In this document: one piece after another, positions 10,523 to 20,990 of the stretch
Position numbering within the stretch: position 1 is the first letter of the stretch
Layout of the letters: every line of letters begins with the position of its first letter
IMG/VR virus record: IMGVR_UViG_3300031669_000007
Coordinates: 28,631 to 92,630 of that record
DNA: 64,000 nt
Strand: one strand, 5' to 3'
Source: a virus
The notes under the pieces: generated by a model
Databases searched by the model: none
Seen by the model: the letters and a program-made list of their open reading frames with translations, nothing else
What the model was told of the DNA's origin: nothing
Translations under genes and position numbers: made by a program

Positions 10523-11782
10523 CTACTTTTTAATGACCTTACCGTCCTGTACGTATAGGAATCGTCTGATCCATTCTGCGGTTGATTCTAGTATTTCTCT
10601 CTCATCCCTAGTGTAGAAGTGATCTGATGACATCATATGTACAATGACGTCGTCTATATCTTTAATCATTGGCACATCTTCCTCATCGTTCATATATATT
10701 ATGGCTGCTTCTTTAAGCTTATCTACACCTGGGTTAATTGCATCTAATATCAGTTCATACTCTCTTTTTGCGTCGTCGTTATAATATAAATAACCAGGTG
10801 CATTTTCATAATCTACGTCACCGTTTTCGTCGACGAACCCTTCTTCCTGAAGCCAAGTATAATAATACTCGTCGTTCACTTCCCAGTCCGTCAGTCTATC
10901 GTCTGCTGACTCTGATGCATATTCACTGATCTGGTCAATGATCCTATTTAATACATTATCATATGCAAATATAATCATCTTAGAAAAATTAGGGTCAAAC
11001 TGACGTAAGTTATTAATTAAATTACCAAAGCGTTTAGTTAATATATCAATTGGATCAACTGGCTCATCCTCTTCGTTCATAAACTGACCTGATGCAGCAT
11101 GAACCTGATATTTTTCACCGTCGTATGCTGGCTGCTTAGGCAGAAGAATAAACATTGGTCCCTGGCGATTATATCTGTCAAACATGTTATTATTCGTCGC
11201 TGCCGTGCACCAGGTTGTGCCCTGACCATAGTAGCAGGCTGCATCAGTATCTTCTGGCTGTACAATTCTGACCGCTGCGTTACTATATATCTCTTTTGAT
11301 TTGCCCTTAGGTATTGCTGTCTGAGCAGCGGTCTTTAGCTTATCTACTAATTCTGGTGTATGGGTAATCGTATATAGATCCTTAAAATTAATTCTATTTA
11401 TGTCTCTGAGTTCGACCGGCAATATCTTTCTAAGTTTCATTTGTGCGAAGGTTTTGAGCCAGTCTGCGCCCTTTGATAATATGTCCTCTAGTGCCACGCC
11501 GCCGTTAGCATAAATTTTAGCCAGCCATGGTGTGTATTCTTTGTGTGTGGTAGGGTCTGCATTCTTCAAGAATTCAAGTATAAGATTTGAAATATGAGAA
11601 ATAGTCTGCTGGTCGAGTTCTATTCCCTTCATGTCTGGTGATAGTAATAAAGATATCTGCCTATCTAAGGCAGGAGCAGGCATATTCCTTTCGTCTTTAA
11701 GCATGGCATTGACCAGTTTGCGCCCAAAGACCTGTATTGTCTTAGCTTGATTATATTCTACTAGAAATTCATTGGCTCTCAT
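10523..11782 (-). CDS. tagged protein (MRANEFLVE) with a YG-x-GTxWCT (PcfJ-like) domain
   Basis: ADPT..KEYTPW; AACYYGQGTTWCTAA..FDRY; KYQVH..QFMNEED. Confidence 0.6.
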   Translation of the reverse strand: MRANEFLVEYNQAKTIQVFGRKLVNAMLKDERNMPAPALDRQISLLLSPDMKGIELDQQTISHISNLILEFLKNADPTTHKEYTPWLAKIYANGGVALEDILSKGADWLKTFAQMKLRKILPVELRDINRINFKDLYTITHTPELVDKLKTAAQTAIPKGKSKEIYSNAAVRIVQPEDTDAACYYGQGTTWCTAATNNNMFDRYNRQGPMFILLPKQPAYDGEKYQVHAASGQFMNEEDEPVDPIDILTKRFGNLINNLRQFDPNFSKMIIFAYDNVLNRIIDQISEYASESADDRLTDWEVNDEYYYTWLQEEGFVDENGDVDYENAPGYLYYNDDAKREYELILDAINPGVDKLKEAAIIYMNDEEDVPMIKDIDDVIVHMMSSDHFYTRDEREILESTAEWIRRFLYVQDGKVIKK

Positions 11783-11783
11783 C

Positions 11784-12434
11784 TTATGCAACCCATGGGT
11801 CGACGATCACCGGGAAGTCTGATCCTCTAGACATTACGTTGTCGTTATGTAAATCCCAATACCAGTTCTTCTTGTCGGATATATTGAATAAATCAAGTAT
11901 AGTAGACAATAATAAAGCGGTCTTCTCACGTCCAAGATTCTTGGTTAATTGATTAAACCATTTTTCTCCATCGTGCTCTGCCTCTGTGCCCAGTTCGTGA
12001 AACACATTTGATGCATTTAGTCTATGAGCTGACCAAGAAATATTTACGCCTGCTCTTGCGACTGCTAACCCAATGACATCATTTTCATTGAGTTTCTCCT
12101 GACGAATCTGTAGATATGGGTTACCATTGAACATAAAGCTCTCAAACCCATAGAACTTAGGTAGAAAAGGATTGTTTTGTCTATCCATGCAATACTTGGC
12201 CCAGAAGAAGAACATTTTTTGCCCTTTAGTAAATTGCGGTTTTCCCGACGTCGTTAGACCTTTCCCAAACTGAGTTCCAAATATCTTTAAGACTTGACCC
12301 GTGCTTGGTTCTAAGAATGCCATCTGATCGACTCCCTGACCCAACTTCTTATATCCTTTTGCCCTAAGAATCTTAGTAATGTCTACGTGATTATCGCTAT
12401 ATTCATCTATTTGTTCTATTTCGATTATTTTCAT
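11784..12434 (-). CDS. protein-kinase-like enzyme (tag MKIIEIEQIDE)
   Basis: LGQG Gly loop, VLK, FLPKFYG, QEKL, DLHNDNVM, VIVDP. Confidence 0.8.
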   Translation of the reverse strand: MKIIEIEQIDEYSDNHVDITKILRAKGYKKLGQGVDQMAFLEPSTGQVLKIFGTQFGKGLTTSGKPQFTKGQKMFFFWAKYCMDRQNNPFLPKFYGFESFMFNGNPYLQIRQEKLNENDVIGLAVARAGVNISWSAHRLNASNVFHELGTEAEHDGEKWFNQLTKNLGREKTALLLSTILDLFNISDKKNWYWDLHNDNVMSRGSDFPVIVDPWVA

Positions 12435-13030
12435 CTTATTCTCTTTGTAGCAACTAGTTCCATATTTTTAGCATCTAATAGTTCGGGACTGTATTCTCCA
12501 CCGTAATCCCAGGTATCTGTGTCTTTTGAATGAGTATATTCTGGATCGCGCATATCTACATTGACTGGCTTCCCGTTTAACCATCCGTGTATCTCAACAT
12601 TTTTATGATACTTCTGTAGTTGTTTCCACACTGCGTGGCCACCAGGCGATTGGCTTGATGCAACTAATGTCTTCCCTAATTTAGTAATTAAAAAGGCATA
12701 GAAATTATGAGCCTTGAGTGTATTATTTTTATTAATAGCGTATAGACTTATATTCGTTAATATATTATTATCTTCGTTTGCCCCAACTACTAAATCAACT
12801 TTTCCGTCTGGCGACACAGCATAATATCCATGCCAATCCCCGCCCTGAGGATCTTTCTCAAAATATACTTTGTGACCGTCTGGCATCTTAGCAATCTGAA
12901 CACCGCCAATCTTTAGAAGTTGCTTTTCGTTAGATGGATCTTCCGGGTGCCATTTCCCCTTACGTTTAGTAATATAATCAAGCTCTTCAACCTCGTCAAT
13001 TGTAGTCTGAATTACTTCATTGATTTTCAT
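12431..13030 (-). CDS. tagged protein (MKINEVI), GNAT-like fold suspected
   Basis: FYAFLI...SQSPGGHAVWKQL. Confidence 0.5.
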   Translation of the reverse strand: MKINEVIQTTIDEVEELDYITKRKGKWHPEDPSNEKQLLKIGGVQIAKMPDGHKVYFEKDPQGGDWHGYYAVSPDGKVDLVVGANEDNNILTNISLYAINKNNTLKAHNFYAFLITKLGKTLVASSQSPGGHAVWKQLQKYHKNVEIHGWLNGKPVNVDMRDPEYTHSKDTDTWDYGGEYSPELLDAKNMELVATKRIR

Positions 13031-14523
13031 AAATCTAATTCCCAATAGTTTCCGCTGTCATTATGATCAACGGACTTAAATCCTGCTTTCTTAAACATAT
13101 CTTTTGAACCCACATTAGTCCATTCCGTGTATGCCTTAACCGTGTAATAACCATGTGCTTTTGATTGCTCAACTATGTATTTAAGCAATTCTGAGCCAAA
13201 CCCTTGTCCCGTAGGTGTTGCGTCTATGCGATTAATATATGCAATTCCAGAACTATTATCTAAATCTAACGTGGCTGATCCGCGTTTTGCTTGTGTTTCG
13301 CCTATTCTATCAATCCAGTTCTTAGCTGAGTTTGTTATGTGTGCATTTAAGAATACTCTCAGATTCCAGTCGCCTTTCTCTTCTATGTCTAATCGTTCTG
13401 TTTCTGACGATTCTTTTATTGATATCGACTTAATTTTACGAACTATTTCCCAGGTGTTTAACCCCTCCGATATTGTTAATTTAGATTTAAATTCAAATTC
13501 AGGAAAATACTTACTGATAGATTTGGCAAATCTATCATATAATTTATTTCGACTTGGTAAATCTATCTTACTTGAAAAGTAAATAGCTCCTATAGATTTA
13601 TTTTCTCTGTCAAAATCAACGAGAATCAATGATAATATTTCTTTAATAGTTGCAAAAATTCTAAATGCATCCCCTGTATTTTCTATATCCTGACTCAAAT
13701 CCGACTTTTCTTCTCCTTTAATCAATGAAAATAAAACATTGATTACATTCTCATTCCCTCTAAATTCTTTTGCATATTTGACGGTAACAAGATAAGCTAA
13801 TCCCGAATCAGTCTTAAATTTATAAGATTTTTTCGGCATTAAAGAATCTGAGTTATTGCTGTATTCGGGGGAATACTTAAACGGATACGGAGCATCGGCT
13901 AACTCGGTTAGCATTTTATTATCTTCTAATACAGTAGATGACTCTGTAATCTTAAATTCTGATTTATACCACAAGTAGATGTCTGCAGAAGAACAACGCT
14001 TGTCGAACTCTCTGCGTAAGATATAATAAATTTGCTGTTTATCTGCTCTCGATAAATCATCCCAGTTACCAATGTCGCGACGCAATTGCCTTAATAAGGA
14101 ATTAGACGATAGCTTTAGATAATCTTCTAATCTCCAAAAGAATGTAACATCGTCGTTGTGAGATGATTTTGACTTAGTCTTAGATGCCAATACACCCAAG
14201 TATCTATTAATTTGGAATAACGGAATGCTCACGCCGATATGAGTTTTAATATCCTTCTTAAATGTGTCTTGGTTATTTAATACAGCAAGCAAATTGCCCA
14301 GGTCAGAGCCTGAATAATGCAGTTGATCATAGGTATTATATTTTAGTGTATCTCTTGCGTAATCTGCTGTATAATTTGGTTTGTAATGTCTTATTACTTC
14401 TAACATCATAAACATCAAAAAGACTATCTGTGCTATTTCGTCAGCAGACATGCCTTTAATGTCCTTTACTCCATAAAACATGCGAGCTTCGACGAGAGAA
14501 TCAATGAAAGGTAGTAGTGACAT
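13027..14523 (-). CDS. multidomain protein with a C-terminal GNAT domain
   Basis: INRIDATPTGQGFGSELL..N..SKDMFKKAGF; internal ITE/LTE/IKE linkers. Confidence 0.65.
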   Translation of the reverse strand: MSLLPFIDSLVEARMFYGVKDIKGMSADEIAQIVFLMFMMLEVIRHYKPNYTADYARDTLKYNTYDQLHYSGSDLGNLLAVLNNQDTFKKDIKTHIGVSIPLFQINRYLGVLASKTKSKSSHNDDVTFFWRLEDYLKLSSNSLLRQLRRDIGNWDDLSRADKQQIYYILRREFDKRCSSADIYLWYKSEFKITESSTVLEDNKMLTELADAPYPFKYSPEYSNNSDSLMPKKSYKFKTDSGLAYLVTVKYAKEFRGNENVINVLFSLIKGEEKSDLSQDIENTGDAFRIFATIKEILSLILVDFDRENKSIGAIYFSSKIDLPSRNKLYDRFAKSISKYFPEFEFKSKLTISEGLNTWEIVRKIKSISIKESSETERLDIEEKGDWNLRVFLNAHITNSAKNWIDRIGETQAKRGSATLDLDNSSGIAYINRIDATPTGQGFGSELLKYIVEQSKAHGYYTVKAYTEWTNVGSKDMFKKAGFKSVDHNDSGNYWELDL

Positions 14524-14531
14524 CTATATCC

Positions 14532-15086
14532 TTATGGCATGTTGGGCCAAGTTAAGTTATTCTTGGTAATATTTTGTTTTGCTTCTAGTATCTGCAAATT
14601 CGCGAGACAGTGTAATCCTTGTACGAGCGGCGAGTTAAGTGGCACAATGTGATCTACGTGATAAGACACACCTGTTAATTCAGTCAATGCTTTTGCTTGA
14701 GAATATAATGCCAAAATCTGATCTTTCTCGGCGATCGCCCATTGAGGTGTCGCCTGTAGCTTAGTTGCTCTTCTATTTGCGTTTTTTGCGTTGATCTTAT
14801 CTGGATTGTTCTTTCTCCATTTTCTATTTGATTCTCTATGAAATTCTGGATTATTGCGCCTGAACTTATTCACTGATTCTTTGCTTCCTTCCGGATCTGC
14901 TATATATCTTTTATGAGCCGACTTCGTTTTATACAATGCAACCTTGTCTAAGTTGGCAGATTTCCATGCATCGTTTTCAGTATTAATACAGATTTTGCAT
15001 CTTGTCGTTAAGCCGCACTTATAGCCTTTATTTTTATAGAAAGAATCAAGCGATTTACTTTCGTTACATTTTGTGCATGTTTTCAT
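14532..15086 (-). mobile_element. HNH homing endonuclease
   Basis: CTKC..CKIC; YHVDHIVPLNS..VQGLHCLANLQIL..N..K. Confidence 0.88.
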
Positions 15087-15142
15087 AATAAGTATTTATC
15101 TTAGTGATGGCTCCAGTCTGGAGCAACATACGGTGTCTCTGG

Positions 15143-15919
15143 TCATGTAATAGGAGTGCCGCCAACGCGAAGTGTTTCTAATAGATCAGATCTAACTATA
15201 ATACACGGTCCGCCTATCCACAATTCTTTATCTCGCATTCCACCGCCAGCAAATTCTTCTAAGTCATATAATTGAAACCCGGTATTTTGTGGAGCCATTG
15301 CTTCTTCAATTTCTGGTAAAAAATCCTTAGGCTCAATTGGTTTAATTTTATTATCTTTAATTAAGTAGTTCAGTTCTCTCGCGAAGAAATCAGATTGAAC
15401 TTCTTTAACCATTGAATTATAGTCCTGAGATAATCTCAGGTCTTCAAGAAATTCATTTAGGTCTGGAAAATCAAGACCACTATAGACAAACGGTAGATCA
15501 ATTCGTGTTTCCCATATATCAATGGCAGGACACACGGCAACCTTAACTCCTCTTGCTGGAAATACGGCATAGGTTGCAGCCGACCACGGTGCTCCATGAG
15601 CATAATCAGATGCTCTGTCAAATTCAGTTGAACAAATTATGCTTCTACTTCTTTTTGGCCATCCATTGAAATAAGGAGAATTATCCATTAATTCTGTGTA
15701 ATAGTTAGATGTATTTTGTGATTGTCTAACGCCTGTGCTTGGATAAATCTTTAATATCTCCTGATTATGATTGTTAAATCCGCGCCAGATAGGTTCTCTA
15801 ATTAGTTCATCTACTACGGGGCAGAATTGCCTTAGTAATGTCTCTACCTTGTCGGTGTTGATTACTTCTTTTTCGTAAGGTTTAACCTCTGCTTCAGATA
15901 TTATCTCATTGATTTTCAA
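15143..15919 (-). CDS. ADP-ribosyltransferase-like protein (tag MKINEIISE)
   Basis: IWRG...RSRSIICST...A..Y...KELWI, an R-S-E-like layout. Confidence 0.5.
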   Translation of the reverse strand: MKINEIISEAEVKPYEKEVINTDKVETLLRQFCPVVDELIREPIWRGFNNHNQEILKIYPSTGVRQSQNTSNYYTELMDNSPYFNGWPKRSRSIICSTEFDRASDYAHGAPWSAATYAVFPARGVKVAVCPAIDIWETRIDLPFVYSGLDFPDLNEFLEDLRLSQDYNSMVKEVQSDFFARELNYLIKDNKIKPIEPKDFLPEIEEAMAPQNTGFQLYDLEEFAGGGMRDKELWIGGPCIIVRSDLLETLRVGGTPIT

Positions 15920-16677
15920 AATGGGTCATCCTCTATTGAATCATTGTCATCGTCGGCAGTGTCGTTTGTATATCCTACCGTGCTACCCGAGAAAGGATTA
16001 TATCCGGCTGCAATAGAACTGCCATTGTCTTGAAGAGGATCAGTTAATACTAATTGTATGCCAGTTGGTCCAAGCCGAATCATTATATTCCCTGCGTGTA
16101 CATCAGTGCTAAACGCTGAATTAGAGTTATATACTTCTTGAATTAACTGTATAGCTTGAATTAATTTTTCATCACTGAAAATCTCGTACATATTAATGCT
16201 TGACTCAATTCCTTTTTCAATGTCACTTGAAATATTCCACAGTAATAATTCTCCTAGACGATGGTAGGCCAGAGCTTTCTCAGTGTAAATCTTTTCGGCT
16301 ATTATCTCAACTAAGTTTTCTATCTCAGAGTTTGCTTCACTAATTGTCATTAGTTTTTCCATATTATAAGCTGGTTTAACTAATCCATCGCTATATCTTT
16401 TAAAGACAACTTCATAGACTCTTGGGAAATATGGGTTGCTTTTCATAAAAGGAGAACATGCTTTGATATATTGATAATATGCATCGTTCTTTAGATTAGA
16501 TGGCATTCTTATTTTCTTACGATACATGTGAGTATCAAGAGGATCTGGTGTCCCACGAGCATACGCCCCACCATTTGTAGTGTCGATTTTTTGTCTTTGC
16601 CCCATCTTTTCAATGTTGTATGGTTTGCTTATCGGACGCTCGACATGTATTGGTTCTATTATCTCATTGATTTTCAT
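15916..16677 (-). CDS. protein-kinase-like enzyme (tag MKINEII)
   Basis: GGAYA, YFPRVYE, MEKL, DVHAGNIM, LVLTDP. Confidence 0.75.
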   Translation of the reverse strand: MKINEIIEPIHVERPISKPYNIEKMGQRQKIDTTNGGAYARGTPDPLDTHMYRKKIRMPSNLKNDAYYQYIKACSPFMKSNPYFPRVYEVVFKRYSDGLVKPAYNMEKLMTISEANSEIENLVEIIAEKIYTEKALAYHRLGELLLWNISSDIEKGIESSINMYEIFSDEKLIQAIQLIQEVYNSNSAFSTDVHAGNIMIRLGPTGIQLVLTDPLQDNGSSIAAGYNPFSGSTVGYTNDTADDDNDSIEDDPF

Positions 16678-17802
16678 TTATGTATTCCTTGCGAAATTAG
16701 CCTGGCTAAATTGGGTGCGATTAACCAATTTAATTGGTCCTCCCTCGTCGCTAGATACATAGCCCTCACCGCCACGTGCGCCTGCAATGTGTGCGATAAC
16801 TGTTCCTTCATGTGAATCTAATTGATGAAGTATATCTAATTTTAGTCCGGTAATTAAATCGAATATATTAAATACTGCCTGTAATCCTGCTGCGTTTTGT
16901 TCTGAATAGGCAATTACCTTACCGACCATTGCCTTAGATATCTTTGGGTTAGATTGAACCCAAGAACCGAACTTAGCATATAGATTGGTTAAATCTCTTG
17001 TCTTAACCTGTGCATTGACGTATGTGTATAATAGATCAGGCAATGCTGCCATCTTTTGTTCACGCAATACATCTTCGTCAAGGAACGCATCTACCACTTT
17101 GGCATTCTTCTTAACGTATTGTGTGATCTGTTTGGCTTTTACTTTGTCTGCTTGAAGAGTAGCTTCGTTCTTAATCTCCGGGCCTAAGATGCATAATGGG
17201 CCATTGAGGTTTAGTCCTGCTGTATTCTTTAATGGAACACCGTCTGCACCCACGTCTGAATAAAAGGTGTGAACAGCCATCCCAGCTTTTGATTGAGCTA
17301 TGTGATGTCCGAGTTCAGAGTTCTTATCTACTTCATACGTTACCGTATTAGGCGTAAAGATGAATCGCTTAGTTGTTTCTTTTAGTTCGCCAGGGAACCA
17401 CATAATATCGCCAAACACAAAACCACGATAATTAGAAGGCACCGAAGCCTGAACGATAGGCCAGATTGCGACGATTTTAGCGAGATAATCTTCATCTCCA
17501 CCTTTGCTGCGCTTTTGCTTAACAAATTCTTTAGCTGATTTATATAGTCCATTGTATCCTTTCGCGCCAAATCCCGCTTTGTCAGTGAAGATGAATTCTC
17601 CATCTTCATTACGACCGAATACACAACTTGGTTTTCCATCCCATTTGATTGACAAAATATCTTTACTCTTGCTTAGACTTAATAAGTTATTAACTGCTCT
17701 GAGAGCACCAGCAGATTTTTCCCAAAAAACTAAGTCCTCGGCGTGCTGAATGCGAGCACCCTCATTGAGAACTGATTCTACTATTATTTCATTGATTTTC
17801 AT
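16678..17802 (-). CDS. ATP-dependent RNA-ligase-like nucleotidyltransferase (tag MKINEIIVE)
   Basis: SIKWDG (KxDG), GDIM, GEGYV and IKLVNR ligase motifs. Confidence 0.7.
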   Translation of the reverse strand: MKINEIIVESVLNEGARIQHAEDLVFWEKSAGALRAVNNLLSLSKSKDILSIKWDGKPSCVFGRNEDGEFIFTDKAGFGAKGYNGLYKSAKEFVKQKRSKGGDEDYLAKIVAIWPIVQASVPSNYRGFVFGDIMWFPGELKETTKRFIFTPNTVTYEVDKNSELGHHIAQSKAGMAVHTFYSDVGADGVPLKNTAGLNLNGPLCILGPEIKNEATLQADKVKAKQITQYVKKNAKVVDAFLDEDVLREQKMAALPDLLYTYVNAQVKTRDLTNLYAKFGSWVQSNPKISKAMVGKVIAYSEQNAAGLQAVFNIFDLITGLKLDILHQLDSHEGTVIAHIAGARGGEGYVSSDEGGPIKLVNRTQFSQANFARNT

Positions 17803-18544
17803 TTTTTAATCGTTCCTTTAGTAATGGCAACAATGTTTTTCTAAATTCATTCTCATTCATATGCCCTTTAACAGTATTCACTATTCTAAGACAAAAGACT
17901 AAATTTTCTGCGGCGGCGGTTTTCTCAGTAGGCCAGTTATAAAAGAATGCTTCATTGACCGAAATCTTATGATCGATTGTCCTCTTCAGCGGGTCATTTG
18001 GGTTGACTTTTTCTAATAAATTGTCATTGAATGCAATGTCGGTATAATAGCATGTGTTAGGTATTAGGTTAATTTTCTTAATTTTGTCAACCTGTTTTTT
18101 AGTCATTGACTCTACTTCTTTTCTATAATTATTAAATTCCTCATTGATTTTTAATTTTTTATAAGGTATTAAGTTTTGTTTCTTGAACCCTTCTCCGGGT
18201 CGTTGGCCATTATTAATAACGCCATATCGATTAAGCATTGATGCCTGCATTTTACTTTGTCTCTTATCATTGGTGTTTTTACCGCTAATCCCTTCATAAA
18301 CACCGCCCTTCTTCAAAATTTCTGTGATCAAATTTCGCAATTTCCCACCAAAAACTTTAGTGCTTTCTTTCTCAATAACATATTTACAACATTCAGAAAC
18401 CGAATATGTCTCTAAGTAATACTTAGCTATATAATCATTGAGAACATCCTTTAATCGTAATACTTCCTTCTGATAATCAGAACAATTTCTAAAATGAGCC
18501 GTATTTCCCTTAGGTATCTCTAATCCACAAACACATTCACACAT
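17789..18544 (-). mobile_element. putative HNH-type homing endonuclease
   Basis: CECVCG..HFRNC; MLNRYGV.N; TIDHKIS..ENL..N..KG; lacks the tag. Confidence 0.55.
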
Positions 18545-18812
18545 AATAGTTCTCCTTACTATTATTTATGCTGGATAGCGTCTTATCTAATAGAAGTTCG
18601 TTAATCTTCATAACTTCCATCCTTTCTGAGATAGGTACAGTTAATAATATTTGTTCAACTTTCTCATAATACTGATATGCGTCCATAATTCTTGGAATGG
18701 CAATACCAACACCGAGAGATATAATACCGGCAGCGGCCAATTTAGCAACTTTTGCTTTAATACTTTCTTCAAGTATTTGTGATTCTGTTAATATAAATTC
18801 GCTTGATTTCAT
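18537..18812 (-). CDS. small tagged protein (MKSSEFILTESQILEE) with a hydrophobic helix
   Basis: tag; LAAAGIISLGVGIAI. Confidence 0.55.
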   Translation of the reverse strand: MKSSEFILTESQILEESIKAKVAKLAAAGIISLGVGIAIPRIMDAYQYYEKVEQILLTVPISERMEVMKINELLLDKTLSSINNSKENYYV

Positions 18813-19567
18813 AATGTCCATCCCTCATTCTGATAATAGTGTTTAGCCAAAACAAGCCAATTTGAATTAACCACTATTGCTTTGTCTGCTATTAGCATTA
18901 TTTCGTGTGATGATCTAATGCCACCTATTAAATCTTTATTAAACTGATAATCACCGTCGATCATAAAATCATTGACATAATTATAATTATCGAATACTTG
19001 TTTCATCTTTTCTTTTAAAGAAAAAGAACTAGCGTGTTCATCTCCGTCGCCAGCTGCATCAGTGAAGTGTTCCATACTTTCATACATATCGACATAATTT
19101 CTGGACCAGCAGAAGCTAAAATTACCCATTGGTATTACCACGACGGTATCACCGTATCCAGATGCCTTAGCTTCCTTACCAAAACAAAATAACGATTGGC
19201 GTCTAATTCTGATGTTTGTTCTTTCTTCAAACCAATCATCTATTGCTGCGCTAACATTCTTGGGTGTGTCTTTTGGGTTACGGTCTTTTCTGATGTTCAC
19301 AGTGTTAAACGGATGCTCTTCTGGTATATCCATTGCCTGATGGTCAGGAATACCCACACCTCTGAATAACGGGTAATTAAACAAAGCATTCTCGATGCCG
19401 CCGACCTGAGTCAGGTATGGTTGTGATGTTCTCGTCAGAAGAGCCGCTAACTCTGACAGCGACGATTTTATTTTATTTACTTCATTTGCATCTGACCATT
19501 CGATATCATTCTCTATTTTTGCTGTGTCAGAATCAAGGTCTTCTAAGATTATGTCTTTAATTTTCAT
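18809..19567 (-). CDS. ADP-ribosyltransferase-like protein (tag MKIKDIILE)
   Basis: LFRG..RNPKDT..DDWF..RRQSLFC..YG..HEIML. Confidence 0.5.
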   Translation of the reverse strand: MKIKDIILEDLDSDTAKIENDIEWSDANEVNKIKSSLSELAALLTRTSQPYLTQVGGIENALFNYPLFRGVGIPDHQAMDIPEEHPFNTVNIRKDRNPKDTPKNVSAAIDDWFEERTNIRIRRQSLFCFGKEAKASGYGDTVVVIPMGNFSFCWSRNYVDMYESMEHFTDAAGDGDEHASSFSLKEKMKQVFDNYNYVNDFMIDGDYQFNKDLIGGIRSSHEIMLIADKAIVVNSNWLVLAKHYYQNEGWTL

Positions 19568-20232
19568 TCTGGCTCCACCAATTTCTTTAAGAATTTCTGT
19601 CGTATTACTAATGCCTTTTTACAGGAGAGCATTATTTCTGTCCCGGAAAATATCGCACCTCGAATATTGGTATCAAATCGATAATCTCCTGAATCCATAA
19701 ATTCGTTTATTCTAGCTTTGTAAAACTGTTCTGCCTCATGCACAGACATGCCAGCACCTCCGTTGGGCGGCTTGTAGTTAAATTTGCCTAATGCAACAAA
19801 TAAGTCTCTATACTGGGCAGAATATGCATAGTGGTATTCTCCCATTGGTATTACAATTAATGCACCGGTTGCCATTCCTGAATAAGAAATAGCGATATCA
19901 AATCGACCAGTGCAATGCAACGATGTCTGTCTAAATCTGACACCTACACGCTCTTGAAACCAGTCGTCAATGAGAATCTGAACTCCTTCAGGGGTATCTG
20001 TCGGAATCCGATTTTGATTTACTATAACAGTTTTGGCGTGAGAACCAGGCGGAAATTCTATTTTCTCTATTCCTCGATACATTGGATAGTCGATTATTGC
20101 AGCGTCGAATCCACCTATCTCTTGAAGATATGGTTGACATTGTTCTTCTGCGAACATTCTTATGCCAGCAAACTCTTTAAGAAGCTCTTTTTTAGTGTCA
20201 CTGTCTTCAGTAATTATCTCTTGTATTTTCAC
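19564..20232 (-). CDS. ADP-ribosyltransferase-like protein (tag MKIQEIITE), paralog of 18809..19567
   Basis: MYRG..RIPTDT..DDWF..RQTSLHCT..TEIML. Confidence 0.5.
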   Translation of the reverse strand: MKIQEIITEDSDTKKELLKEFAGIRMFAEEQCQPYLQEIGGFDAAIIDYPMYRGIEKIEFPPGSHAKTVIVNQNRIPTDTPEGVQILIDDWFQERVGVRFRQTSLHCTGRFDIAISYSGMATGALIVIPMGEYHYAYSAQYRDLFVALGKFNYKPPNGGAGMSVHEAEQFYKARINEFMDSGDYRFDTNIRGAIFSGTEIMLSCKKALVIRQKFLKKLVEPE

Positions 20233-20990
20233 TTTGGGTTCACCATCTGAGATAACGATCTATACCAGGATGGAGAACCTACTTGAATAGATTCTGGCAA
20301 GTTAATTAATCCCTTTTTGGCATCTTCTCTTGCCTGTGCTAGTTTTGCATCTCTAGCTGGGTCAGATGCCAATGCTTTCATTATTGTTTTAATGCTGGCC
20401 AGGTCTGCTGCTGTTGCCTTAGGATTAAGCAGTATCTTAGCCACAGAATCTTTGTCGTCTGCTACCACCACGCCTGTCTCTCTGTTAACTAGCTTGCCCT
20501 CAAATGGGCTGAACTTTAAGCCTAATGATTTGGCAATGCTTGAATATAATATGAATAGCTGACCGCCCTTAAAGTCTGGATCATCGTATTGTCCTGACGG
20601 ACCATGCTGATGGAACGGTGCGACTTTAGCTGCATTCGGAATGACCATAATATCTAGCTGAACAAACGTGCCATCTGGCACTGGCATACGAACGTGGACA
20701 TTACGTCCCGACAATGCGACCTGAAACCCCTCTTTCTCAATGTATTGCTTTAATGCTAATTTAGTATATTTCTCGTCTGGTGTATTAAATAACTGTGCTA
20801 ATTTACCGGCATCAACAAATACATCCATGTCACCTGACTCAACCTTATATCCAGCCGATCCGATATCTGGAATAATATTAATTCCAAATGGCATTATCTT
20901 CTGAATATCTTTAATTATTCCTGGGACATATTCTCTTTTAATTGGAGATACGTCAGGAAATACATTTCCGCCTTCATTTAATTGATGCAT
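20229..20990 (-). CDS. Pol-beta superfamily nucleotidyltransferase (LNE|GGNVF start)
   Basis: IGSAG..SGDMDVFVD..VQLDIM. Confidence 0.8.
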   Translation of the reverse strand: MHQLNEGGNVFPDVSPIKREYVPGIIKDIQKIMPFGINIIPDIGSAGYKVESGDMDVFVDAGKLAQLFNTPDEKYTKLALKQYIEKEGFQVALSGRNVHVRMPVPDGTFVQLDIMVIPNAAKVAPFHQHGPSGQYDDPDFKGGQLFILYSSIAKSLGLKFSPFEGKLVNRETGVVVADDKDSVAKILLNPKATAADLASIKTIMKALASDPARDAKLAQAREDAKKGLINLPESIQVGSPSWYRSLSQMVNPK

